From Thalia democratica (lineage: Eukaryota), in the NCBI GenBank assembly GCA_965202585.1, contig OZ241830.1, positions 26,288,001 to 26,352,000 of the forward strand: a stretch of DNA of 64,000 nt, written 5' to 3'. The number at the start of each line of letters is the position of its first letter. Position 1 is the first letter of the stretch. This document shows positions 13,001-26,200 of the stretch, piece after piece. The position numbers were made by a program, and so were the translations under genes. A model generated the notes under the pieces. The model had not been told where the DNA came from. It ran no database searches and was given only the letters and a program-made list of their open reading frames with translations.

Positions 13001-16000
13001 ATTGTAATTTTTAATAAAAATTATTCACGTATACAAACCTTATAAAAAACATCTGTATTTTATTGTATCAGCAACAACAGTAGACAGTATTTTAACATAC
13101 CCTTAAAAGACCACCAATTTGAGAAGCAATGTAGGCAAACAGTATGTAGATCAGTCCGAAGAAAATGACGAGAAATCTGCTGAGATTCTTGTAACTTTTC
13201 TCACTCCAGTTAGTGTAAGGCCTGATGAAATCTTCCAAACTCACGCAAGCCATCGCGTTTATTCCCGATGATATTGTGCTGTTTGAAAATGTATTTCTAT
13301 AAACTTTTGTAAAGTAAAATTGTAAACTTCTCGACTTTTTTACTGCGAATGTAATTTGTAAGTTAAAAAAGTTACTGAAATTAATACAAACTTTTCTAAG
13401 CTTTAAACTATCTTTATATCTTTTAGAAGAAATTTTCACAAAATTTTTGCGCAACAATTTGTTGCTTTTTCGATAAGTTATAACAAAGTAGTTAGTAAAT
13501 ATAAGTTAGTTTGTATAATTATGATAATCAATTTGATTATAGAAAAAACAACAGAGAAACTAACCTCAACGAACTGCTGTAAACACCAGCTACAAACATT
13601 CCAGGCACGCCAGGAATATAACTTAGAATATCCATTACTATGAAGGGAAACAGCTGTAAAAAGAATTAAAATTGGTCATGTTTTATATAAATAGTTAGAT
13701 ATCTTTAAAGTCTGATTTTGTGACAGTCTACATTTTTAGTTATTGAAAGCGAATTGTATAACTGTTTGTAACTGAAATACTAAAAAGGTAGTAAAAAATT
13801 GTGTATTAAATGTGAATGACAAGCACCACAACATAGCAATTCAGCATAACCTAGTGTCGTAAAAAATACAACTACAAATATAAACTGTATTGTAAAACAT
13901 AAAATGAGCCAATAAGGTGTTAGATACTTTGCGTAAACAGAAAAAAGTTATAAAAAATAGTTTTTTAAAAGTTATTGTTTTGAAATAGAGCTTTGTAATC
14001 TTAATATTAATCTTTACTTGATCGCCTTTATTGATTTGACCGTTTTTAATAGGATCACAGTTCTTGTAAGTCGAGTATATCACCAATCCGGTCATTCCCG
14101 CCAGAACAAGGATTATTATCAAACCTACGCTGTTCAACATAATGGCTCTGTAATAAAGTTTAAAAGTATTTAGTTTAATAAAACTCATCAACATATTAAT
14201 TTCATTTTTAATACATAAATAAGGTAAAAAATCAACCAGCTTAAGTTTTTAAGTTTGCATTAAATTTATCTTAATATAACAAAAAATTGTCACTTGCATT
14301 ACTAAAAAAAGCATCAACTTAAAAAGCAATAATGTTGTTAATTTAATGTTATAATAACAGTAATTGGCCGCAATGAAAAAAAATCTAGTATATTAAGTAA
14401 TTTACAGTTATATTTTTTAACATTCTTGACGATTTGTAGATAACTGAAGAACGTTCAAAAATGTTCATTATAAAGTTTTTTTTGTTAAGATGCTTACATT
14501 TTTGCATGTCTTTTACTTTTGCAGCAGACGTATCTTTGTACTTGGGCCTGATTGAGACCGTTTGTGGCAAGCCAAAACACTGTGCCTCCGATTGTAATCG
14601 ACCAAAACGTGTGCCTTATTCTCGGGTCTAGCTCAAAGCTGTTATAAAGTTGGTATGGTTTTACTTTTATAAAGTTGGTAGAAACAAATTTTATGTAATG
14701 CAATTAAAAAATTGTTGAAATTTACTTTACATTTGTAGTATTGATAAAAATAGTTTTTAAACAGTTAAACTGCTGAAAAACTTTCTGTAAAGTAAATATT
14801 TCAGAGTGAAGCATTTTAGGTTGATTAATATTTTTCTGATGTCTTATGCTACCAGTTTGTATCAAATAGTTTGTTCAATTACTAAACATCAACGACAAAG
14901 AGAAATATGATTTTACCAGTTTTACGAGAACATCAATTAGCTTAACAAAATCTTGTTCAACATTCAACAAATTATAATATGATTCAAGCGTAAATTAATG
15001 TTCACAAATATAAACGAAACAAAAACTACCACAAGAAACTGTTTTTTGTTTTAATAATTATTACCCGTTTATAAATATTTATATATTTTTTTATAATAAA
15101 ATTCAGCATGTTATTATTTATCTTAAAACCAAATGTTTATTTTTTTCAATTTTTTTGTTGTTTATTTTTTATTCAAACACTCTTAATTAAACTTCACGAG
15201 TATCAAAACAAACTGGTTGAAATCGATTCTTCCCCCATCAACTGCATCCCTCCATATGTTCCCGAACCCTCCCTGATTGATCGATCCCTGAATGATGACT
15301 GCTACAAATCCGAACATCATCACCACTGTTTGGATCACGTCCGTCCATATTACTGCTTTTAATCCTCCCTGAATGTACAGTGAAATAAAGTAAATTGAAG
15401 TACTAATGTGCGAAAACAAAAGATAGGGCTAGTTTATTTTAAAGTGAGATGAAGCTAATTTTATGCTTTTTATAGCAGCTAATTAATATTTATGAACATA
15501 GAACTAATAATAAATTGTTTTTAGTTCAATGTTTTCTTGTTTATTTTTAGGTATGAGATATACAAATCAAGATGTAAACAAAGTTCTAAATTACTTTGAT
15601 ACAATAACTTAGTTATAAAACTTTAAAAGTTTATTTTTTGTAACTTTAAAATTTTTGACTTTTATTAATGTTTTAGAAATGCAAGCAAGTAGTTTTACAA
15701 ATAATTAGATTAAAACTATCGCACTGTTAATAAATTACAAAAAAAGCGCAATTTTTAAGCTCTATAAACAGTACAACTTCAATAAAACTGTCAAGTATGG
15801 AATGTTAATTTGACTAAAATACTTTAAAAAAAGTTAAAACAATTAGATTTTTAAATTTGAGATACAAAGTTTTATATCTATAAAACGTTTTGCATACTGA
15901 CTTAGAAAATTGAAATTGAAGAATTATTAATAAACTAACTAATGAAATATAGAACATACAACAAACTTGTTAATTAAGGGTAAAATATACAAAAACTAAC

Positions 16001-18724
16001 AAATGAAAGTAAAACATACAATAAGCTAACTAATGAATTTTTTTGAAACATGTTTTTTGTATGCATGGTTGGACTACTTATCAACTTGTTATCTATTTAA
16101 CTTTTTTTATAAATAATCTATCAACGAACTAACCAAGGATGTATAGAACATACAGCACACTCCAGTGGTAAGAATTGCAATCCACTCATTGAAGCCAGTC
16201 ACTTCACTCAATGCAATGGAGGGTCCGTAAACAACCACTCCCCCGTACATTGTCTGATGGAAGTATTTTTTTTAATATATTTTAACTATATGATTATTAA
16301 TTATTTTTATTTATTATACTTTTAAATGATTACATATTCTATTTTTAATGGAAAATATCACAGTCAACTGCGTAGCTAATTTTTAAATCATTGTCTGATA
16401 GTTGTAATGTACACTATTTAAAGAATAACAACTTAAGTTAAATAAATCACAAAGTTAAAGTTTAATGTTTTAAGTATCATTTATGTTAAAAAAAATTTAA
16501 GGTAAAAAACGATATAAATTTTTATTAAATTATGAAATAACTAAATTTCAGCTGAATAAATACACTAAAATTCAATAACAAGCTATTAAACCTACATTTA
16601 TAATCTATATGAAAAAGCGCACAAAACTCTATTTGAATAAACGAGCACAAAACATTAAAACACTGAATAAAATTAACTATTGAATGATAAAGGCATTAAA
16701 CATGGTACTTAAGGGATGACTTAATAAAATGTGCAATGTACTGTACATAAGTACTTAAAGTAAGACAAAAATTTTATTCAAACTTTTGTAAAATTAAAAC
16801 AAAGTTACGAGTTATTGTTATATGGTTCAAAAAATGTTCATCTAAAATATATACAATAATTTCATTATTCATGCTTTCATAATTCAGTATAAATTTAGAT
16901 TTCGAAAACGATTATTAATAAAACTAAAGGTAAGAAAAATAAGTATTAAAAAAAACTTAAATAAGTCAGGCAGTTGAAGATTTAGTAGTAAAGTAAAATC
17001 AAATTTATAAATAAGTGTAGAAAACGGACAAGCATTTAATGCCTTCAACAAATTAAAATTTATATAGAACTAGATAAATATACTTACTGATACAATCATG
17101 TATAGCGCAATGGCGAGCATTTTTGTAGAGTTGTTGAACCTCATTTTCAAATACTGTTAATAAAATTTATTTAATAACATTTTAAGTTTTAAGTCGTATC
17201 AAAGATAGTTAAGTAGTTTAATTTGATAGGTTACTTAATTTAAGGTTGGTGTATTTAGAAAAATTTATATAAAACTTATGCTATTTTCTTTAAAAAAACA
17301 TATGTAATTGCTGTTTACAGCTGAAAAAAAAAGTACTGGAATATACCAACCTCGTAAGTTGACTTGAGTCCCAGGTCATAAAACACCGGCATGTACACCC
17401 AGCCAATAATCAGTGGCAGGACAGCGTACGGTACTATGTACCACGAAAACATGGTCCCGTAAGTGTAGTATTCGGATGGTACACCCAATATGGTCACACT
17501 TGACATAAAACTGGCTATCAAGGACATTGCGACCGGTCCTGTTTGATAAGTAATTATTGTCATTAAAAAATTGTTATGATATTAAGAAGTAAAAAGTTGA
17601 TCGAAATTTATGTTAAAAAATCTTTAAATAAATTTATATAATCTAAATTTAGTATATATACTTTTATTCAAACATTTTTGTTTAAGTAAACACTAAGTCC
17701 AAAATTTGACATATCTAAAAAAAAAAATTGCGAATAAAAGAAGTCGTTAAGCTATTCTTTTTTTAATATTTAATTTATATTTTAAATATAGAAAATCAAT
17801 AACAAACGGTTATTATTAAAATTTTAATTATATGAAACATGTTTTGTATTATTGTTAATATAAGAGCAAAGAATTTGTTTGTATTACTTTATGTTTAAAG
17901 TCAAGTGTTTGAAAAACTACTACTGTTTTATACTACTAAACAAACAAAAACATAGCGTATAAAAATGTTTAAAAAAGGGTCGTAAAACTTAAGTGCGCGG
18001 ACAAGATTCAACCCATCAAAAAGTTTCCGCTTTGCGACGTATGTTTAACCTAAAATCAAACTTTACAAAATAACAAATATCAAGGATTTAATAATATGTA
18101 ATCACATATATGCTTTTAATTCATCTGTCACTAAACATAGTAATTATTAAACTGTTATCTAAGTACACTTTTTTTTGAAAAAAAAAAGTTTTACGAAATT
18201 TTTGAATATAAAGTGACAACGTTTTTTTTTCTAACAAGTCTGGCCTGCGAAAGACTTTTTAGAGCAAACCTGTCCCGTTATTTTTGCTTTCGACCACTGG
18301 TGTTAAAGCTAAAACATATACAAAAGTATTGCATAAAATTTTAATCAGAAAAGAGTTTAAGTATCTTAATGTTGTTTATAAAGTATAAAATATGGAAATG
18401 AATATGCTATATTAGTTTATTTAAATTGAAATTCATGAGATAACTAAATTTAACAACAATTAACATCAGTAAAACTTTTTATTATCTAAAGCAATACTTT
18501 ACCAAAATTTGGCAATAACTATTCTTTTCTAACTAAAAAAACAATCTCACCGTAAGTCATACTTCTACCGGCCATCAGGTAATCTCCAGTCAGATCCTCG
18601 CTGTTTTTGTTCTTCTTCTCTTTGACAAAGAAGTAGACTCCCACCGCGGCAGAGACGCACAAAAGAACCGCGAACACCACATAGTCGACCGGTTCGAACT
18701 TGTTTTTCACGTATATTTGTTGCG
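10035..18724 (-). CDS. SLC5A8-like: Sodium:solute symporter, SLC5A8/SLC5A12/SLC5A6/SLC5A5 subfamily (sodium-coupled monocarboxylate transporter-like), about 630 aa; start codon lies in an unresolved upstream exon
   Basis: 13 phase-consistent GT-AG exons: 18724-18551, 17538-17351, 17153-17088, 16253-16134, 15368-15214, 14638-14498, 14147-14018, 13653-13565, 13278-13101, 12018-11932, 11231-10984, 10695-10595, 10243-10035. Family motifs: [81 protein letters not shown]. The exact orthologue within the subfamily cannot be determined by eye. Confidence 0.95.
17975..18300. mobile_element. Probable DNA-transposon/MITE fragment in an SLC5 intron
   Basis: GC-elevated non-coding stretch ending in CTTTCGACCACTGG (reverse complement CCAGTGGTCGAAAG, resembling hAT-type CAGTGGT termini); no matching opposite TIR found. 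Confidence 0.3.
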
Positions 18725-20511
18725 CTGAGAAAAATAAAAATGTTTATTTATTTATCTTTTTCACATAAACAACTGATGCAATTCTTTTTTATTACTTTTT
18801 GTTGTGTAAAGAATAAAGGAACTTTAAAGTTAAATTGATTTTGAGAGATTATAAACTCAGGAGTTTTAAAGAACAATTTTTGTTGCTTAATAAAGGTCTG
18901 TATTTAAAATTTTAAGTTATTTAACTTAAACAAAGAAACCGAAATAAAAAAATTCAATATATGTTTATAATAACAGTTTGGTGAACAATACTTTTAAAGT
19001 AATGCACTTTAGATTTGCTAACAAAAGTACAGGATTATATTTTCAAATGGTAAGTTATTTATGGTAGACAGAAAACTCTTGATGTACTAATAGTCTATGT
19101 ATAACTAGTGTTAAATCTCAGTTAACTGTAGAAATTAATAATTCAATTTTGAAAACAACAAATACAAATGTTATGGAAAAAAATATTACACTTATAGTTT
19201 TCAAAAAACAAATACTCTTTTTCAATGTTTAAACTTTTAAAACTAGTAAAATTAGGTTATGTTTGTTTAAGATAAAGATATTAATTTTCATATTCTTTTA
19301 TATTCTGCTCTGAATATTCTTAACACCCTTGTTAACTTAATTAAAATGCAATGTCAAACGAATTGTAAAAAAAAATAGAGCTTCACTTTGTTGCGTTGTA
19401 TATTTATACATAGTATAGATGTTACACATTTATAGCTTTTATGTTTTTGTTACAGTACAAGTAAATGAGGTACACTAAAAGTATTACGTGTTTGGATTAA
19501 TTTAAAACAATGAATTACTCAAAAGATAAAAAATATTAAAAAGAAAGAACATCAAGCTTAAGAATTTTAAAAACTAAAAAATAAGTTATCCTAAATTATT
19601 AGCATACTTTAAAACTAAGAAAACTAAATTACAAATAAAAACAGTCAAAAACGTTATTATACTATAAAAATTTAAAATTAAAAGTTTTGCTGTAAATTTT
19701 AACTCTAAACTTATAAATATATCAAACGAAAAAACAAACTTTGTTCACTAGTTGTAAATGAGGTGGTATATGAAGCTTCAGTCGTCATTTATATTTTGTT
19801 CTTTTTACAGTATTATATCATTAAAAGTTTAAGCACGTATAAATTTAATCCACAACTGTTTATAAGATGTATATCATTTAAAATTCTTTAAGAAACTAAA
19901 TTATCATACAAATTTGCAAAATTTAGTTATAATATAAATTTTCAAATTCATTAAAACTAACAAGGTCTGATATAAAAACTAAAAACCATAAAAAATAAAG
20001 TATGAAACTAATTAATTTAAAAGAAATAATGTACTTAGTTTATTTTTTCGTTTAAAAGTTAACGTAAATTATGAATATTTCCATGTAACTAAGTTTGCAC
20101 TTCAAAATAAAAACTAAAATTAACTAACACTGATATGCTTTCAAATTATTAATAAAATTATGAACTTGAAAAATTTCTTACAAACAAAATTAAGTTCAAC
20201 TTTGCTGAAACGCACATTGTCAAGTGAATAAAAGACATTCTATACGCAACTAAAACAAACAAAATAAACTTTTAAGAGTTGCGCTTAATGATTAACCAGT
20301 AGTAAGTTTGCAACATCTCCGTCTGCAATTGTAGTGCATTGTTTTTTGTTTGCTTGACATGTTTAACCAAAACCTTTGTTAGTAGTATATAGCTCGTATA
20401 CTTTGGTTTATGTTTAACATAACACTTTACCTATTTTTAACTTTCTGTAACAAAGTTCAATTCTTACAAGCTTGTCGTTTAGAAAACCACGCTGAAAAAA
20501 AATTAAATACA

Positions 20512-20520
20512 TCACGTGAC
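20512..20520. promoter_or_regulatory. E-box/CLEAR-like motif TCACGTGAC in the divergent intergenic region
   Basis: Sequence match only; a second CACGTG lies at about 20743. Confidence 0.3.
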
Positions 20521-23271
20521 ATTAAAGTTTTTAAAATGGATATGTGTAAATTTAAAGTTTGTAAATGGTTTCAGTATATTGCACTTTACTACATCAAACG
20601 CAAAAAAAAATTGTTTTATCAAAAAAAATCATAAATATTTAACTTTGTTTGATTGTTTTAAAGAAACAGATACAACTACATGTTTTTCTTTATAAAAAGT
20701 TACCTTAAGCTAAAACAAATCGACTGCTTTCTCCTTTAAAAACACGTGAAAAATCTAAACAATACTTTTTCAAGCTTCGTATCGATATCAAAGTGAAGAT
20801 AGATTCAGTTCTCAACTCATCTTATTACGATAAGACCTTAAGAACTCAGACAACTGTAACTTATAAATGCAAAATATCACCACAAAGAAATACTATAAGT
20901 AGTACACACGAGACTGCAAATCATGCGTCGCGAATCGGTTATTTAAGTTCACTAATTGCTAATTAGTTGTTTGTTAGAAGCCGCACAGCTAAAAAGTAGT
21001 ATCAAAGTTCATTTGTCTGTTAGAAATATTTCTGTGTGCAAGTTTACAGTTGTCTTGTTGTTAATTTGCATTTATTTTACAGTAACCTCTAAAACTCATA
21101 AAAAAATTCAAATTGGTATTTAAGTCATTCCCGTCAATTTAATATCTGGTTAATTTGAAACAGCTAAAGCAAATTCTTCTAAATTAATTTCTTTTTCCGG
21201 TTCAAACTTACCAAAACACTTGATCATTTTATCGTGAGTATACTGTAGGGCCAATCTAACAATTTTTTTTACATTAATGTTGTAAAATTGTAAACAACTA
21301 ATTAGCGATGACCAGTTAAGATTTTGATTTTCAAATAAAGACTCAAGATAAGATTTTCAAGCCTTACTTACACTAGATACCGACGTAAAAGGTAGTAGAG
21401 TTTAAAAATTTCATTTTATTACTATTTTTGATTTATACTGTATAAGCTTTGTTTGTTTTTATATTTTCTTAAATTTTTATTATTCTATTAGTTATTATAA
21501 GTTGGTATATAAGTAACTAATGATGTAATGAAACAAGTCTATTAGTTTGACAACACAGAAGTATCCACTGTAAATAATTAAACTAAAGTAATTTATAATA
21601 AATTTTCAATTTTGATGTCTGTTAGACAAAAAAATAAATGTTTTATTGGATTTTGTTTGACTTTTTTTTTTGGTTGTAAGTACGAAACAATAATTAGGTT
21701 AATAGTTTGATTAAAGTTAAAACTAAAAATAAAATTATCACTATCTGATTTAACTCAAAACACTTTTTGTGTTTAAATGTCAAAACGTTGGTGTACTATT
21801 TTTATTTGCTTTCTGATTTTCGAAATTGTCCTCAGTTTATTAGCTCAAAAGCTAAATCAAATAAATCAATGTGCAAATATTTTTGTTTCAAAATAACTAG
21901 TTTCGGTAGTTAAAACTAGTTTCGGTAAATTTTACAAGTAATTGTATAATTTTTAATTATATCATTTTAAGTTATGTTTTATATATTATTATAAATACAT
22001 TATTTATAATGGTCAGCTTTCCTCATCGAAACTAGTTATTGAATAACAAAAAACTTTTATGCACTTATTTATCTGGTTAAACTATTGTGTAAAAACTTAA
22101 AACATTATAAAGGGTGTCTAAACTTAAAAGTTTGTTATTCATTTAAAAAGTTAGTGAATTCAGTTTTAAGTTTTATAGTTGAAGAATTTATTTCATAAAC
22201 CTTAATGAAAAAAAAACCGTCTTTAAATTTTAAATTTATTTATTCTTATAACAATTAAAGTTCTAAAAAATTGTGCATAATTTCATGTTTAAAGGGTTTC
22301 ATTTAAAAATAGCGTAACTTGTTCATAAATCAAATAAATATTCCAAGTTTATGTTTTGTCGCATTGATGTACTGTAAAGCTACTATTTAAATTTTACTTT
22401 ATATCAACTTATATATATCGTGTAATCACTAGTTTTAATGATTATATTTTTTAATAACAATCAATGTTAAAAAACAATTAAAGTTGATTATTTATTTAAG
22501 TCAAGTTTTAAAAGGTTTTTAGTAAGCATTATTAAGCAAGTCTTAAAATGATTTACTAATAGTGTGTAATGTTGAATAAAACTCAAACTACAAACTAAAT
22601 TGAAAAGTTTTAGGCAAGATTATAACTTCAAAACAAAAATACGTCAACTATAAAAAAAGTAGTTTTAATGGTATAAAACTATCTTTTGTTCATAAAAAAT
22701 ATAATACATGAAAGCTAGCCTAAACAAATATAAATATAGCTTTTGAAATATACTAAGAGTTGTTTTTTTTAAAGAAAAATTACACAAACTTAAAACCCTT
22801 TACTAGTTTTGCGCTGAAAGCTTTAAAAACAAAATCGTTTTGTTTTGAAAACTTATGTGTATTGAAACAAACTTATTGTTTTTTATTGTTTGTTTTTACA
22901 GATAAGTTTAATTCACTTTATTCGATTTTGGTGTTCTATATAAACCCAAGTAAATAGTTTACAAATATATATTTTTTAAACAATGTATGCAGATGTAAAT
23001 AATTTTCAAAGCGTGTATAAAAACACTAATGAAACATAAAGTTGTTTTTGTTGTGTAAATTACTCATTTAGAAGTTTACTTAGTACTTGAAGTACAGCTA
23101 GATATTTAACAGCCAATTAAAATTAGAAATTATAAAGCCACAAAGTTTAAGTATGTTAATAAAAGTATTAACTATTTTTTTCTTTAATGATAAGTTTATA
23201 ATTTTATATTAAAACCAACTTAATTTTTTTACTACTCTCCTTTTTAGCATATTATTTTTTACAGAAACAAA

Positions 23272-26200
23272 ATGCCAAGTGTGTTTATTTCATTTTTGCT
23301 TTTCACGTTTGCACTTTCTTTAAAGTGCCCCTCACGGTTCGATCATGCCAGTGACAAGATTCCTTATTTGTACGAAAGCTACCACTTGTCTTCTTACATC
23401 CGACGCGAAGGTCAGTTTACTTACTTTCGAATTTAATAAATAAATCTGTTTTCTTGGCTAGAAAGTATAAGTGACGTTGTAGGTTATTGTAACGTTATTA
23501 GAGTATTGTTTTAAACAGTAGAAGAAAGCAAACTGCTAATTTATATATTTTAGTTAGTACACTTTTATAAATTTAATTTACAAAAAAAAAATCTAATGTA
23601 ATATTATAGAGCATTATACGTAGAACAGCCTTTTATAAATTGATTCTAGCTATAATGTGAAACTTAAACTGTAATAAGTTGTATTGTAAAATATAAAACA
23701 AATATAACACACACAACTGTAGGAGCATGGGTGGACTTGTATCATTTGGAAGTTTCCAAAGACACAAAAAACAACAAGCAGAAGACGATACTGCAACAAT
23801 CTGATTATTATTGGACGAAAACTGAGCTGACAGACGATTATGACGTAGACCAGCAGTTTTACCAGCAAGAAAAAGCTTATTATAACAATGGTAAAATGTT
23901 CAAATTTTTGGGAAAAATTTGTGTAGTTTTCATATAGTTCAGATTGTCTGTTTGAAAGCAGTTCAGTTTTTTAAGAAAAAAGTAAAATTTACTTATAGGT
24001 GTAATAAAAAACACATTATTTTTATTCGATATTACATAGTTTTTTAAATGTTACTAAGTTCAAAAAAAGTTATGAAGTATAAATATGTTATGATTTTAGT
24101 TAAACAAAGTAGTAAGCTCCAACTAACTTAAGTTAAATAAATTTTAAGATAACTTATAATACTGTCGGTAAAAAAGCTTGGTTGGTACGTTAGCATTCTA
24201 AATACGATTTTTGTTTAAAAAGTAAAGTTTTCAAAGTTTTTTATTTCAATATGACTAATACGCTTTGTGTACAACAAATTATTTGAAACAGAAAGAACTA
24301 CATAAACAATTACAACAATAGCTATAAATATTAGTTGTATCAAATGAAACTCATTTTATGATTTTAAAATAGTAAACAATATATGTGTTATAAGGTCGTA
24401 TTGTTAGGTTACAATCAATAAAAAACAAAGTTAGTTTAAATATTTATACTCAAAGTAAAAAATACCTAAATAACTTATTGTTTACTAATATTGTAAGTAA
24501 CCTTGACTTGGTTTCAATTCCAACTCGAAATGCATTTTTTAGATACTGATACTGTGGTTGTAAACAACACATGCACTGTAAATGATTTGAAGAACAAGAA
24601 ATCGACAATATTTCACCATGAAATAGACACAACCGTGAAAACTAGCAGTGATGTGGGGTTCTTTTTCAATCAGGATTATCCTGCTGTTACAACTGTTAAT
24701 TTGTTTTTGCTTTTTTATTTTGAAAAATGAAGTAATTTTAGATTTTGTGAAGGTTTTTTTGTCAACAAGTTTACACCATCAAAATGTTTTTTTTATTTTA
24801 TTTTAACACTGTTTAAGTTGTTTAGGGTTTTAAAAAGATAATTTAGGTTTTTATATGATAATAAACGTTAAGGTATGCCTACATATAAACGTACTTTTTA
24901 AAAGTTTTATGACTTTTGTATCTTATTTGATATAAAAAATTATTTAAATTTATTCAATAATTTGTTCTAACACATATCTAATATAGTAAGTCAATGTCAT
25001 ATACTTTATTTAACAGTTAAAGTTTACTTTAAAATAAAAGCATTTTTATTCTATAAGTAAACACTTCTTTAAATTTATAGTACATAAATAACTTAACTTT
25101 AAATATGTAAAAATTTGATAAAATTTAATTAAAATCTTTAAATCACTTAAAAAAAACCTCATAGTTAAGTTAATCAAAAATTTTACAATATACAGCAAAA
25201 TAACATCGAAAAAACGATGAACTATGAGACTTGTATTCTCTTCAAAAACAATAGTATTAGGTATATTGTGAAGGTTCAATATTTGTTACACTGGTTTTTC
25301 AACACACCTACACAAATAAATTCGGTTACCATCGACGTTAGTTTGCATCAAATAGTTTGAGCTACCTTTTGTAAAGGATTTGTACTTAAGCAAAGCTTAT
25401 AGTTTTACTTGCTATGTATAAAAACTATTAAAGTTTTCAAATGTAGTTAAAAGATGTTTTCCTATTGTTTCATAAAACATTTTTATTAAGTTTTTTCGAA
25501 ACAAAATTCAAAAATAATTAAAGTGTAAATCTAAGCTTAAAATATTTAAACAAACTTTGTCGTATTCTGTATTTTTGAAAATTGTGTTAATTTTTTTGTA
25601 TGACTAAAAAGTTTTTAGGCTTTTAAATAAACGGTTTTTCACTAAACAAAAGAACACTTGAGTTAAAACTAGATCTGCTTAAAGTTTATTTAAATTTAGG
25701 CGACTGATCAATCAGGTAATGATTCAACAACTACTTTTTATCTTGAAGACTACAAAAAGCTAACTGATTTCACCATTGAAAATCCTCACAATATGATTTG
25801 TGAAGGTTGTTTTACAACTATAAAAACTTACTTACAACGTGTGAAATGTTTTCTTAAATTTTTTATCTTATTGGTGTACAAAAATATCAAGTTGAATTAT
25901 AAATCAAAAATGTTATGTTTTAATTTAGTTAGTAAAACTTAAATTTAAGAAGTCTGAAAAATTTTTTAAGCTATACACAGTAAAAAAATTGACTATAACT
26001 AGATCATCTTAGTATATTTCTAAACTTAATGTTGATAGTAATTTTTTATTTTTTATCTATAGAGCGTATACCTTTTGATAAGAATCTTACTTTAAGAAAT
26101 GAGTTTACTATAACTAAACTTGCTTTAAACTGATATTAGCTATATATTAACAAAATTTACAACTATTTTAGGAAGAAAAGATAATCCCAATTTACAACTA

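Noticed and set aside
10890-15362. Plus-strand ORFs 10890-11111, 14385-14570 (minus, off-frame) and 15108-15362
   Set aside because: Antisense or off-frame shadows of SLC5 exons.
18519-18710. GTG-initiated 63-aa ORF as the SLC5 start
   Set aside because: A splice acceptor lies 14 nt upstream and the frame stays open to it, so the GTG is an internal Val.
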